Source of the DNA: an uncultured Gemmatimonadaceae bacterium
GTDB taxonomy: Bacteria; Gemmatimonadota; Gemmatimonadetes; Gemmatimonadales; Gemmatimonadaceae
Assembly (NCBI GenBank): GCA_963817955.1
Contig: CAWFQK010000002.1
Coordinates: forward strand, 704,001-768,000
Length of the DNA: 64,000 nt
Reading direction: 5' to 3'
The translations under genes were made by a program, and so were the position numbers. This document shows positions 10,329 through 19,261 of this stretch, one piece after another. The notes under the pieces are model-generated. The model saw only the letters and a list, made by a program, of their open reading frames with translations, was not told the DNA's origin and did no database searches. Each line of letters begins with the position of its first letter. Within the stretch, counting starts at the first letter, position 1.

Positions 10329-12011
10329 CTACCGCTGAACGCGGCTCGCAGCCGAGCGCTCGCGAGCACGCGCGCGGGGGCAGGTTTCGTGCTGCACCGC
10401 CAGTAACGCCATCGCGTTCGCGTTGACGACGCGCATGGCGTCGACGCGCTCGGCGTTCCACCAACGCCATGGTGCATCCTCGTTTTGGCGACGCACGGCG
10501 GCAGAGGATGGGCCCCACTGCCGCAGCAGATGCCGGGCGGCGTCACAGCGCTGCATATCGAGACTGGAATCCGCCTCGGTGCCGGGGATCAGCATCGCGT
10601 TGGGCGGCGAGAGCGTCGCCTGCGTCGCGACGGACGCGGCCTCGCCACCCAAGGTCGCCAGATACCGGATGTCCAGCGGGTGAGCGGCTGACGTCGAGAG
10701 CGATTTGGCGCGCTGCACGTTGATCCGGGCGACGAGCGCGTCGGGCGGGACGAGGTTGAGCACCGCCAACGTAACCAGGCCCGACACGACCAATCCAGCC
10801 ACGAACGGCTGCCCGCGATCCCGAAGCACCGTACGCGCGAGCCATACCAACACGAATGCCAACCACCCCATGGCGATGAGGGGGTAGAGGCGATCGGTCG
10901 TCAAACCGAAGTAGAACATGTAGAGTCGCAGGCGCAGCACCGCCGAGACGATCATCACTCCGAGCAGTACAATGATGGGCAGCGCGAGACGAGTATGCCG
11001 ACGCCGCAACGCAGCTCCGGCGAGTGGATCGAGCGCGGCACGCGTCGCGACCAGCACCGGCACGACGAGCGCGACCACCCACATCACCTGAAAGAATCCC
11101 TGTCGTGCGTACTCCGCGGCAGTGAGCCCCGTGCGCTCCTGCAGGAACCGCTCGCCGCCAAACAGCCAGCCGAACTGCACGGCCACAAAGGCACCAAACA
11201 GGACGAGGAGCGTGCCGAGTGCGCTGGTCACCTCGGGTACGCCGATTCGGATGAGCGGCGCTGCGGGGGCTCGATCCGGAACCTCCCTCGACATCAGTGC
11301 GCCGCGTGCCCAACCGGCGGTCGTCGCGGTGAAGAAGCCTACGAGAAAGACATGCGACACAAGGGTCAACATGTCGAATTCCGGCAGGCGAATGAGGCTG
11401 GCGAAAATCGGGTCAGCCGATCGCAGCAGCGCACCGAATACGAGCAGCAACGCACCAGACAGCGCGACGGCGCGTAGCGCGGTGGGAAACACGCGCGCCG
11501 CGTTTCGCCTGCTCTGCCCACCAGCCACATCTCGCAACGCAAGCGGGATCAACCCAACGATGATCTCACCAACGAGCGATGCGACACCCCATACGGTGTC
11601 GCGCAATCGCTCGGCGAAAAGTGCCGCGCGCGGGCGGGCCAGTGCGACGCCGGCCAGCGTCACGGCGCCGACGGCGGCGATGAAGTCGAAGAACACCAGC
11701 GTTGCGGAATCGCGCCACGCAATCGCGGCGGCGAACAGCAGGGCGGTGGCAAGCCAGGCGCTCGCTTCAACGGGCAGCGCGCGTCTCGCCCGCCACGTCA
11801 TCGCGATCGCGGACAGGACAGCGAGTGCAATCCAGAGCGGGAAGCCGAGTCCATCCGGACCGCCCCGGAGCAGCGCATCGCCGGCGATGCCGAGGAGGAG
11901 CGCGTGCACAAGCACGCGTCTGGCGAATTCGGGGCGAGTCATATCGCCCACGCGCTCGTGTATCGAATGGACCGTTGCGATCGCGTCTGGGTCCGGCGTC
12001 AGGGTCGTCAT
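10329..12011 (-). CDS. DUF4173/DUF4153-like multi-pass membrane protein
   Basis: FGALLRSADPIF, EYARQGFFQ, RLRLYMFYFGLTTDRLY, DIRYLATLG. Confidence 0.85.
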   Translation of the reverse strand: MTTLTPDPDAIATVHSIHERVGDMTRPEFARRVLVHALLLGIAGDALLRGGPDGLGFPLWIALAVLSAIAMTWRARRALPVEASAWLATALLFAAAIAWRDSATLVFFDFIAAVGAVTLAGVALARPRAALFAERLRDTVWGVASLVGEIIVGLIPLALRDVAGGQSRRNAARVFPTALRAVALSGALLLVFGALLRSADPIFASLIRLPEFDMLTLVSHVFLVGFFTATTAGWARGALMSREVPDRAPAAPLIRIGVPEVTSALGTLLVLFGAFVAVQFGWLFGGERFLQERTGLTAAEYARQGFFQVMWVVALVVPVLVATRAALDPLAGAALRRRHTRLALPIIVLLGVMIVSAVLRLRLYMFYFGLTTDRLYPLIAMGWLAFVLVWLARTVLRDRGQPFVAGLVVSGLVTLAVLNLVPPDALVARINVQRAKSLSTSAAHPLDIRYLATLGGEAASVATQATLSPPNAMLIPGTEADSSLDMQRCDAARHLLRQWGPSSAAVRRQNEDAPWRWWNAERVDAMRVVNANAMALLAVQHETCPRARARERSAASRVQR

Positions 12012-12019
12012 GCAGAGTA

Positions 12020-12034
12020 CTTTATGATGTAAAG
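12020..12034. promoter_or_regulatory. palindromic operator-like site just upstream of the DUF4173 start
   Basis: CTTTA-tgatg-TAAAG, AT-rich in a GC-rich context. Confidence 0.35.
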
Positions 12035-12123
12035 CCTGCAGGCGCAAGAGGCCCTGGAATTGAATCGAACAGACGCGACTATACATCGAATAGATGGTGC
12101 TGCAGGCCGAATCGACGGTAGGA

Positions 12124-12157
12124 ACGCGAACGGCCGCCCTCGGGCGGCCGTTCGCGT
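12124..12157. terminator. 16-bp-stem hairpin, probable terminator of the 12191-12949 gene
   Basis: acgcgaacggccgccc-tc-gggcggccgttcgcgt; U-tract weak. Confidence 0.6.
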
Positions 12158-12190
12158 GTACTGCGGATTGTGACCTGCTGGTGCGACGAA

Positions 12191-12949
12191 CTACGCGGCC
12201 GACACCTCACTTGCCGACGGAGGAGTTACCAGTGGCGTGGCGACGGGTGATGTGGTGACCGGTGGGGTGGAGACCGGCAACGGCGTCGTCGCAGTCGTCG
12301 ACCCGATCTTGATGCCTGGTTTGCGCTGGATGCGTTTGGCGGTCTGCCAGGCGGCGAGCAAGGCCTGGTCGGCGCCGATGAGCGGCAGGAGTTGCGAATC
12401 GAGCAGCTTGATCATGTTGCGTCCGCGCTGCTCCTCGATCGACAGTCCTGCCGTGGCGCCGCGTCGACGGACGCCGAATGTTGCTCGACCATCGAGCGAT
12501 TCCTTCATCGTCTCCGCCGCTGCCTCGAGGCGTGCGATGAAATCGGTCGACAGCCCGCCGTCGATCAGCACGGCCTCGTGCCGCCGCGACGCCTCGGCCA
12601 TGGCCGCCGCCGAAGCGAGCAACGGCTCCGTCGAGACCTTGGCCCGCGGCATCGTCAGCGAGCTGAAGTCCGGGACTGCCTTGAGCCGGATCTTCGCGAC
12701 CGCCGCGATGCCCTGCATGTGATGCGTGCGGAGTGCGACCCGGAGCGTCTGCTGGCGCGACGTCTCGCCCCGACTCGCGCGACTGCCGTCCTCTTGCGCC
12801 GCTGCATGCGCCGTGAGTTGCGCGATCGTGTCCCTGAGCTCCCGTATCGTCGTCGAGCCGGTCAGTGCGATGAACGGGCCGGGATTCGCTGCGATGAATG
12901 CGTCGCTGCGGCGGAGCGTCTCCAAGGTACTGCCTTCACTGTATTTCAT
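12191..12949 (-). CDS. alpha-helical hypothetical protein with Pro/Thr-rich tail
   Basis: ATG at 12949 preceded by GGAGG; MKYSEGSTLETLRR...; normal composition. Confidence 0.75.
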   Translation of the reverse strand: MKYSEGSTLETLRRSDAFIAANPGPFIALTGSTTIRELRDTIAQLTAHAAAQEDGSRASRGETSRQQTLRVALRTHHMQGIAAVAKIRLKAVPDFSSLTMPRAKVSTEPLLASAAAMAEASRRHEAVLIDGGLSTDFIARLEAAAETMKESLDGRATFGVRRRGATAGLSIEEQRGRNMIKLLDSQLLPLIGADQALLAAWQTAKRIQRKPGIKIGSTTATTPLPVSTPPVTTSPVATPLVTPPSASEVSAA

Positions 12950-13046
12950 ATGGCCTCCAAGTGGCCATGGGGGCGCCAAAAGAAAACTGCACGCCGGCGG
13001 GCGCCCGACGCGCCGGCGTGAAGAGAGAGCAACAGACGTGAGACGT

Positions 13047-13214
13047 GTCGCGATCGCCGTCGGGAGTGACGGAATGGTCGCCGAGAGAGACGGACTCGTC
13101 GTCGGGAATGACGGAATGGTCGCCGGATCCGACCGAGTCGCCTTCGGAAGAGTTGGAGTCGCGTTCGGAAGAATCGGAGCCTCGTTCAGACCGGTCGGAG
13201 TCAGCGTGAGAAGC
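13047..13214. repeat. degenerate 21-bp tandem repeat, block 1
   Basis: From 13068: gacggaatggtcgccgagaga / gacggactcgtcgtcgggaat / gacggaatggtcgccggatcc / gaccgagtcgccttcggaaga / gttggagtcgcgttcggaaga / atcggagcctcgttcagaccg. Confidence 0.8.
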
Positions 13215-13333
13215 GGTGGTCTTGCCTGTTCGGTGCGGAGTCCGTCCTCGACGCGAGCGCCTGCGAGCTTCACGACCGGGCGTGGCGCCTGCGCACGAGA
13301 CGATTCCATCGGCTGCATCAGCCATCCCTGCTG

Positions 13334-14236
13334 TTACGCCAGCCATCCCAGCTGAACGCGAGCGACTGGGTCGTACACGCCGATCCATTGGCTGTGGACA
13401 CGAACCCATTCCACGTTGACACGGATGAGTCCCTCGTGACATCGCGCGAGAGAGGTCTCAACGGCCGAGAGTCCGATGTTGACGGCGAGGACTCCTGGCG
13501 TGACGCCGGTCGATCCCTCCGGCACGGCGTGCAGTGGGTGGTGCACACGCGGGCATTCGAGCTGAACGAGCCGGAAAGCCTCCTGGACGGCCGCGAGTCC
13601 GATGTTGACTGCGAGCCGTTCGTGCTTACACGCGAGCTGTTCGTGCTTGCGCGCGAGGAGTTCGTGCTTGACCGCGCGCCGTGCCCTCTCACCACCGGCG
13701 AGTCACCCCTCGACGCGCGTGGGTTCCCTCTCAACCGGAAGGACTCCGCCCTGACCGAGACGCACTCTCAGGTGGACGTCAGGGCATCCCAGCGAACGAA
13801 GCGAGGATTGTGGGTGGACGCGCGTGAGATGGGCGTGAATGCGCGGGAGAGGCGTGTTGGCGAGAGACGGTCCGGTGTGGCGTGAGCGGCATCGGGGCTC
13901 GACACCGGTGTATTCCCTCTTGACCGGAATGACTCCGCCCTGAGCAGTGGCTGGTGCGAGCTGGATGCGCCGGAGTGCCTGCTCGATCGCCGCTCATTCG
14001 GTCTCGACCGCGAGGACTCCCACCTGCACACGCGTCAATTCGGTCGAGACCGCGAGGGATTCCACCTGCACACGCGTGAATTCGATCGAGACAGCGAAGG
14101 ATTCCCTATGAGCAGGCGTCGATTCCGTCTGAACACGCGTGCATCCCCTCTGCACGCCGACCGATTCCTTCTCGGCACGGTCGCATCCCCTCGGGCCGCC
14201 AATCGATTCCTTGTCACCGCCCGTTCGTCCCGCCAT
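13334..14236 (-). repeat. degenerate 21-bp-periodic region, block 2; reads as a decayed heptad ORF with 2 in-frame TGA
   Basis: Repeated words recur at offsets 21, 42, 126 and 189 bp; minus frame gives E-L-x-x-V-x-x-like heptads; TGA at 13994-13996 and 13703-13705. Confidence 0.75.
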
Positions 14237-14673
14237 GATCGTAGTCCTATATATTAGTTCCGAAAACAGGGGGTCAGCGCAAGGGCCAATATGTCCGATT
14301 GACCAAAACCGACATGTTTTGACGATTTCGGCGTTAGTACTAGTAGAGAGACACGTCAGTCGCGATGCCGCTGACCCGTGTGGTGTGTCCCCTCAACCTT
14401 CGCGCAGGTCATTGGTTCTCATTCACAGAGCGGTGCCGGCGCGCCGTCACTGCCGCTTGAATGCGTACACGCCGAATAGGCCGCCGGCGTAAACGCGATC
14501 CGTGTCGATCGACGGCGCGGTGACTCAATATGCTGGTGCGTCGCCGTGCACCAAGTCACCGCCGAATGGTCTTGGGGTGCGAGCGCCAGGCGCGCTTGAA
14601 CAGGCCGCATAGCGGGCCAATGAGCGTCATGCTCGAGACGCCCCCGCGCGTCTCGAGCAGATCGAATTCCGAC

Positions 14674-14702
14674 TTGCCCCCGCATGCTGAATTCGGCATA
14701 TT
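14674..14702 (+). promoter_or_regulatory. putative sigma70 promoter of the TA operon with overlapping palindrome
   Basis: TTGCCC-N17-CATATT; near-palindrome atgctgaattcggcat at 14684-14699. Confidence 0.45.
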
Positions 14703-14708
14703 CCACGT

Positions 14709-14940
14709 GTGAACACCGAGACGGGATCCCTCAAACCAACTGAGTGGATGGGCTCCGCGCTCGACGATCTCCGGGCGCTGCCTGACGAGTCCCGACGCGT
14801 TTTTCGGGTACGCCCTTCACCTGGCGCAACTCGGCCAACACCACCGCCTGGCGAAACGGATGAAAGGCGAATTTGCCGGCCTCATCGAGGTCGTCGATGA
14901 TTTCGATCGCGATACCTACCGCGCGATCTACACGGAAATT
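14709..14940 (+). pseudogene. RelE/ParE-superfamily (Gp49/DUF891-like) toxin, frameshifted and 3'-truncated
   Basis: WMGSALDDLRALP..., extra T in the T-run at ~14800, then GYALHLAQLG...AKRMKG...LIEVVDDFDRDTYRAIYT; the usual C-terminal VLHAFQKK-type segment is absent. Confidence 0.75.
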
Positions 14941-14944
14941 GATC

Positions 14945-15325
14945 ATGACCAAGCGAGTCGCAGGAAAGGGCAGCAAAGCGAGCAAGTCGCGCCACGACAT
15001 CGACGACATCCCCGTCACGCGTGGGAGCGGAAATGTGTACGCGGATCTCGGTTTTGCGAACCCGGCTGAGGAGATGGCCAAAGCCGAGCTCGCGATCATG
15101 ATTGACCAGGTGATCCGGGAGCGTCGGCTGACGCAGCAAGCGGCGGCCACGCTCATGGGCATCGATCAGCCCAAGGTGTCGCACATGTTGCACGGCCGGC
15201 TCGGCGGTTTTTCTACGCAACGGCTCATGGAGTTTCTGACCGCGCTCGGCCGCGATGTCGAGATTGTCGTGCGCGCCGCGCCGCGGTCGCGGAAGCGTGG
15301 CCGGCTGCACGTCGCTGCCGCCTGA
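14945..15325 (+). CDS. XRE/HigA-like HTH antitoxin
   Basis: GSGNVYADLGF, LTQQAAATLMGIDQPKVS, FSTQRLMEFLTALGRDVEIVV. Confidence 0.9.
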   Translation: MTKRVAGKGSKASKSRHDIDDIPVTRGSGNVYADLGFANPAEEMAKAELAIMIDQVIRERRLTQQAAATLMGIDQPKVSHMLHGRLGGFSTQRLMEFLTALGRDVEIVVRAAPRSRKRGRLHVAAA

Positions 15326-15483
15326 ATCTGCGGCGCGGACGGCCGAGCGCGTCCGCGCGTTTGGCTTCGCCTCGCGGGACGAGTATTCTGAGTAGCAGAG
15401 GCCGATGCTTCGCCCTACCCATTTAGGTATCGGACAACCAGCCCGCCATACCCTATTGTTCTGACACCCCACGTCGCACGCCA

Positions 15484-16059
15484 ATCACGTCTCCACGAGA
15501 TCCGAACCCTGACTTCGAATCCGTCGTTGCCGAGGCACGGGCGTTACAGGCGCAGCTTCCGTGGCTTCGCCTGATCTGCGTCGGTGGCACTGCGGCGGCG
15601 CTGCACGCCCGACATCGCTTCAGCTGGGTGCCCACGCCGGAAGAGACTTTACGCATCAAGGCGTGGATGGTGGCGGATCGTGGCGCCACACGTGATTACC
15701 TCGACGTCGCGGCGCTCGGCGACCTACTCGGGGAGGCACGCGCCACCCAAGCGCTCGCGCCCCTCAGCCAGTTGTACGAGAACCTTGGAACTGAGACGGC
15801 GACCATGCGGTTCGCTCAGGCCGCTATGAACCGGCCGGTTGATGCGGACGAGGTGGACCTTCGGGCATATCGCGGTCTCGCCGCGCCGTATCAGGACCTG
15901 GAGTACATATTGCGCCGCGTGCGCGAATGGGCGGTGCCTGCACTCGAGCGGGAGCTCGGCACGGCACATGAGTCACCGATTGCCGGGCGGGAGCCGGAAC
16001 AGCCCCCTTCGTCAGGGCAACAGCCACGTCACGACGGGTCCGGATCGAGGAAACCACTA
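15484..16059 (+). pseudogene. AbiEii-like nucleotidyltransferase remnant (no clear start, apparent internal deletion)
   Basis: VGGTAAALHARHRFS joined directly to VPTPEETLRIKA...RGATRDYLDV; the catalytic DxD expected after HRxS is missing. Confidence 0.6.
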
Positions 16060-16374
16060 ATGAAGCAGCGGCGAGAACATCTGGCCGACGAGTTGGCGGA
16101 ATCGCCCATTCGGAGCCGCCCGGGGCGTGTCACGGCTCAGGAGAGTTTCCTCGATCTCGTTGACGATCTTGCTCAGGGCGACTTGGAGACGTGGCGACGC
16201 ATCTACGCAGCCGCGCTCCACGACCAGACGGTCCGCGCGGCCGTGGAGCGCGCGACTCGTTTAGTTGACCAGGACTTCGCGAGTGCTGGAGCGCTCTGGC
16301 AGGCGCTCATCGAGCGGATGCCGCCAGCCGTGGCCCGTGGCCCGTGTCCCCCGCCCGTCAGCCGAAGATCCTGA
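16060..16374 (+). CDS. small hypothetical protein, possible TA partner; currently in frame with the upstream remnant
   Basis: ATG within TAATG at 16058-16062; DDLAQGDLETWRRIY motif. Confidence 0.4.
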   Translation: MKQRREHLADELAESPIRSRPGRVTAQESFLDLVDDLAQGDLETWRRIYAAALHDQTVRAAVERATRLVDQDFASAGALWQALIERMPPAVARGPCPPPVSRRS

Positions 16375-16477
16375 CGAACTTCATCAGGATCAACACCAAC
16401 ATGCCGATCAGGTAGATACGCAGCGCCAGCAGCGCGACGCGAACGGTTCTCGTTGTCTGAATGCGTGGCATGGGACT

Positions 16478-17728
16478 CTACTTCACGATGTCCTTGTAGT
16501 GGATGACGCCGAGCAGCTGATTCGCGTCGTCCACCACGGGCAACATACGATAACGATACTTCTCGAACATATCCGACAGTTCGTTCTCGAGCAGATGCTG
16601 ATCGGCGGAGACGACGGGCGTCGCCATCAGGTTGCCCAACGTTTCAGCTTCGTCGGCAAGCACCGCCTCCCGCAGGTCGACGACTCCCACCAGCAGGTTC
16701 GTGGGCGGCTGAATCACGTAGATGTAGTACACGAACCGCGGGGCCAGATTCGACTGATGGATGCTCGCCAGCGCCTCGCCCGCCGTCGTGGTCGGCGGCA
16801 GCGCGACAAATTCGGATGACATCAACGAATGCGCGTCCGCGTCGTGCCGCTCCAGGAGCGCCTGCGCGCGTGCTGCCCGATCCTTGGACAGCAGCAGCAT
16901 CAACTCGTTGCGGTCCTCGTGCGGCAGTGACTCCAGCAGATCGGCGATCTGCGGTACGGACATCTCAGCGAGAATTTCCCTCGCGCGGTCCGGCGACAGA
17001 TCGGCCACGATCTGTCGTTGTGCGCGCGGCTCCGCGTCCATCAACGTCTCGGCGGCCTTCTCGGAATCGAGCACGGAGAACACCGCTTCCTGCTCTTCCC
17101 CGGACAGCTCCTCGAGTGCATCGGCCAGATCCTCGCTGGGCAGCTCGAGCATCTGCTCGCGAATGACCGACAACGAGAGCCGCTTGCCGGGCGCAGCATC
17201 CTCGATGGACAGTGGCTGCACACTGCGCCAGGGAATGAGCTCGTCCTTCTGCCACGATAGCCAACCCAGATGCCACTTGCGGAGGAACCCGTTGAAGGAC
17301 GTGTCGACGTGGACGAGAATTCCGCGGCCGCGGCTCACGAGAAGATGCACGTCGTTCACGATTGCGACTCGACGGTCTTCCATGTCCAGCACCTCTTTGC
17401 CCATGAGGTGCTCGTTCAGGAGAATCCAGCCCGGCTGGTCCACGAACGGCGGGTAGGTGTCTCCGATCTCGGGGGGCTGGACGAAGATGGTCCCACCCTC
17501 GATCCGCGTCACCCGCTCCCACGGAATGAACTCGGTGGGATTCCCCCAACCGTGGCTGATGAATACTCCCACCGCGTCCGGGTACGGCTCGCTGAGCCGG
17601 AACACGAGGTCCGTGAGCTTTCCGATGCGGAAGGATGCACGTGTCTCGCTCACCTGGTGTCCCAGGAGGTCCGAGAAGAAGAACAGCGTGTACTCGGTCG
17701 CGGAATTCGCGGATGTGGGCGCGGTCAT
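16478..17728 (-). CDS. MgtE intracellular N-domain + CBS pair protein with N-terminal PRC-barrel-like region, no membrane domain
   Basis: DLADALEEL, YYIYV...LVGVVDLRE, KYRYRMLPVVD. Confidence 0.85.
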   Translation of the reverse strand: MTAPTSANSATEYTLFFFSDLLGHQVSETRASFRIGKLTDLVFRLSEPYPDAVGVFISHGWGNPTEFIPWERVTRIEGGTIFVQPPEIGDTYPPFVDQPGWILLNEHLMGKEVLDMEDRRVAIVNDVHLLVSRGRGILVHVDTSFNGFLRKWHLGWLSWQKDELIPWRSVQPLSIEDAAPGKRLSLSVIREQMLELPSEDLADALEELSGEEQEAVFSVLDSEKAAETLMDAEPRAQRQIVADLSPDRAREILAEMSVPQIADLLESLPHEDRNELMLLLSKDRAARAQALLERHDADAHSLMSSEFVALPPTTTAGEALASIHQSNLAPRFVYYIYVIQPPTNLLVGVVDLREAVLADEAETLGNLMATPVVSADQHLLENELSDMFEKYRYRMLPVVDDANQLLGVIHYKDIVK

Positions 17729-17737
17729 TGTCAGGCG

Positions 17738-19078
17738 CTACTTACCGAACGACTCGAATAGCTTGGGGAACATGACTGAGAGGCCAAAGACAGATGAGAC
17801 CAGGATCACGAACGCCGTGATGGACCAGTTGGCGATGTTCTGCGACCGCGTGTTGGTGTGTTCGCCCATCAGCGGCTTGTCATTCAACAACAGGATGAGG
17901 AAGACGAGCGCGGCCGGTAGCAAGGTCACGGCCACCACCTGCACGAAAATGGTGATCGCGTCCTGTGCTTGCGTGCTCGACACCAGCGACACGACGCCCG
18001 CCGAGAGCAGCGTGAGCAGATAGGCCACGTAGAACCACGGCGCCTCGCGCACGCTCCGGTTCAGCGAGTGTGCCCAGCCAAACACCTCACCCAACGCCCA
18101 GCTCGACGACAATGATATGCAGAGCGCCCCGAGCAGCCCGGCATCGAACAGGCCCACGGCAAACAGCGTCTTCGCCCACTGCCCCAGGTGCCCCTGCATG
18201 ACCTCCGGCATCTTCGCCGCCGTCTCCGCGGCAGACTCGACAGAGATCGGTCCACCGGGATGATAGTAGAAGACTCCGGCAGCAGCGATGATGATGAACG
18301 CCGCCACCGTGCAGGTGAGGATCGAGCCAAACAGCGTGTCGATCTTTCCGAACTTCACGTCCTTGATGTCCAGCCCCTTGTCCACCACCGCCGACTGTTG
18401 GAAGAAGATCTGCCAGGGTGTGATGGTGGTGCCGATGTTCGCCATGACGAGCGTGATCAGCGCGACGGCGCCAAACTGCGGCCCGAGCTTGAAATGCGGG
18501 GCGTAGAATCCGCGACCGACCTCACCCCAGCCGCCGCTCACGTTGCCGGTCTTCATCGCCCAGATCGCCGCGGGGATATACACAAAGTTGAACAGACAGA
18601 ACAGGAGCGTGAGCTTCTCGAACGTCCAGTACCGGCCGGTGATCACGATCGCCATGAGAAGCATCGTGACGCCGATGAACGTGATCCACGGAGGTATGTT
18701 GAACAGCGCCATCGCCTGCGTCATGCCGATGTATTCGGTGACGAGGGTGAGCCAGTTGATCACGGCGAGATCGAACACCGAGAACCAGCCCCACACCGGA
18801 CCGAAGGCGTCGAAGATCGCCTCCGCGTGGCCACGCTTGGTGACGGCGCCGAGGCGGACGGTCATCTCCTGGACGTAGTACGCCATCGGCACCAGGATGA
18901 TGAACGCCCACAGCATGTTGAAGCCTGTCTTGGCGCCCGTCTGTGCGTACGTGGAGATCCCGCCGGCGTCGTTGTCGGCAACCATGGTAATGACGCCAGG
19001 GCCGAGTACCGCGAGAAGAATGACCCAGCGGCGCTTCAGACGGGATAGTTGATGTAGGAGCCTGCTGATCCAATACAC
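17738..19078 (-). CDS. NRAMP-family divalent cation transporter (NrmT-like)
   Basis: GPGVITMVADNDAGGISTY, QEMTVRLG, IGTTITPWQIFFQQS. Confidence 0.9.
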   Translation of the reverse strand: MYWISRLLHQLSRLKRRWVILLAVLGPGVITMVADNDAGGISTYAQTGAKTGFNMLWAFIILVPMAYYVQEMTVRLGAVTKRGHAEAIFDAFGPVWGWFSVFDLAVINWLTLVTEYIGMTQAMALFNIPPWITFIGVTMLLMAIVITGRYWTFEKLTLLFCLFNFVYIPAAIWAMKTGNVSGGWGEVGRGFYAPHFKLGPQFGAVALITLVMANIGTTITPWQIFFQQSAVVDKGLDIKDVKFGKIDTLFGSILTCTVAAFIIIAAAGVFYYHPGGPISVESAAETAAKMPEVMQGHLGQWAKTLFAVGLFDAGLLGALCISLSSSWALGEVFGWAHSLNRSVREAPWFYVAYLLTLLSAGVVSLVSSTQAQDAITIFVQVVAVTLLPAALVFLILLLNDKPLMGEHTNTRSQNIANWSITAFVILVSSVFGLSVMFPKLFESFGK

Positions 19079-19261
19079 GCGCCGAGGGCTCCCATCATTT
19101 TAGGTAGCTTTACACCAGATCCACGAGCTGTTCGGTGGCCTCGGCCTGTTCGGACTCGGGATCAACTGCGGGGTCGACCACATGATAACGCATTTGGTCG
19201 CCGAACGGGTCGCCACGAGCCCATTTGATCACGCCAGGCCACCACGGTCGCCGGCGGACGG

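Noticed and set aside
12950..13318. N-terminal extension of the 375-aa ORF
   Set aside because: It runs through the 21-bp array, and a strong RBS with ATG at 12949 marks the likelier start
13334..14236. Diversity-generating retroelement or selenoprotein readthrough
   Set aside because: No reverse transcriptase, no TR/VR pair with adenine-specific differences and no SECIS-like context seen
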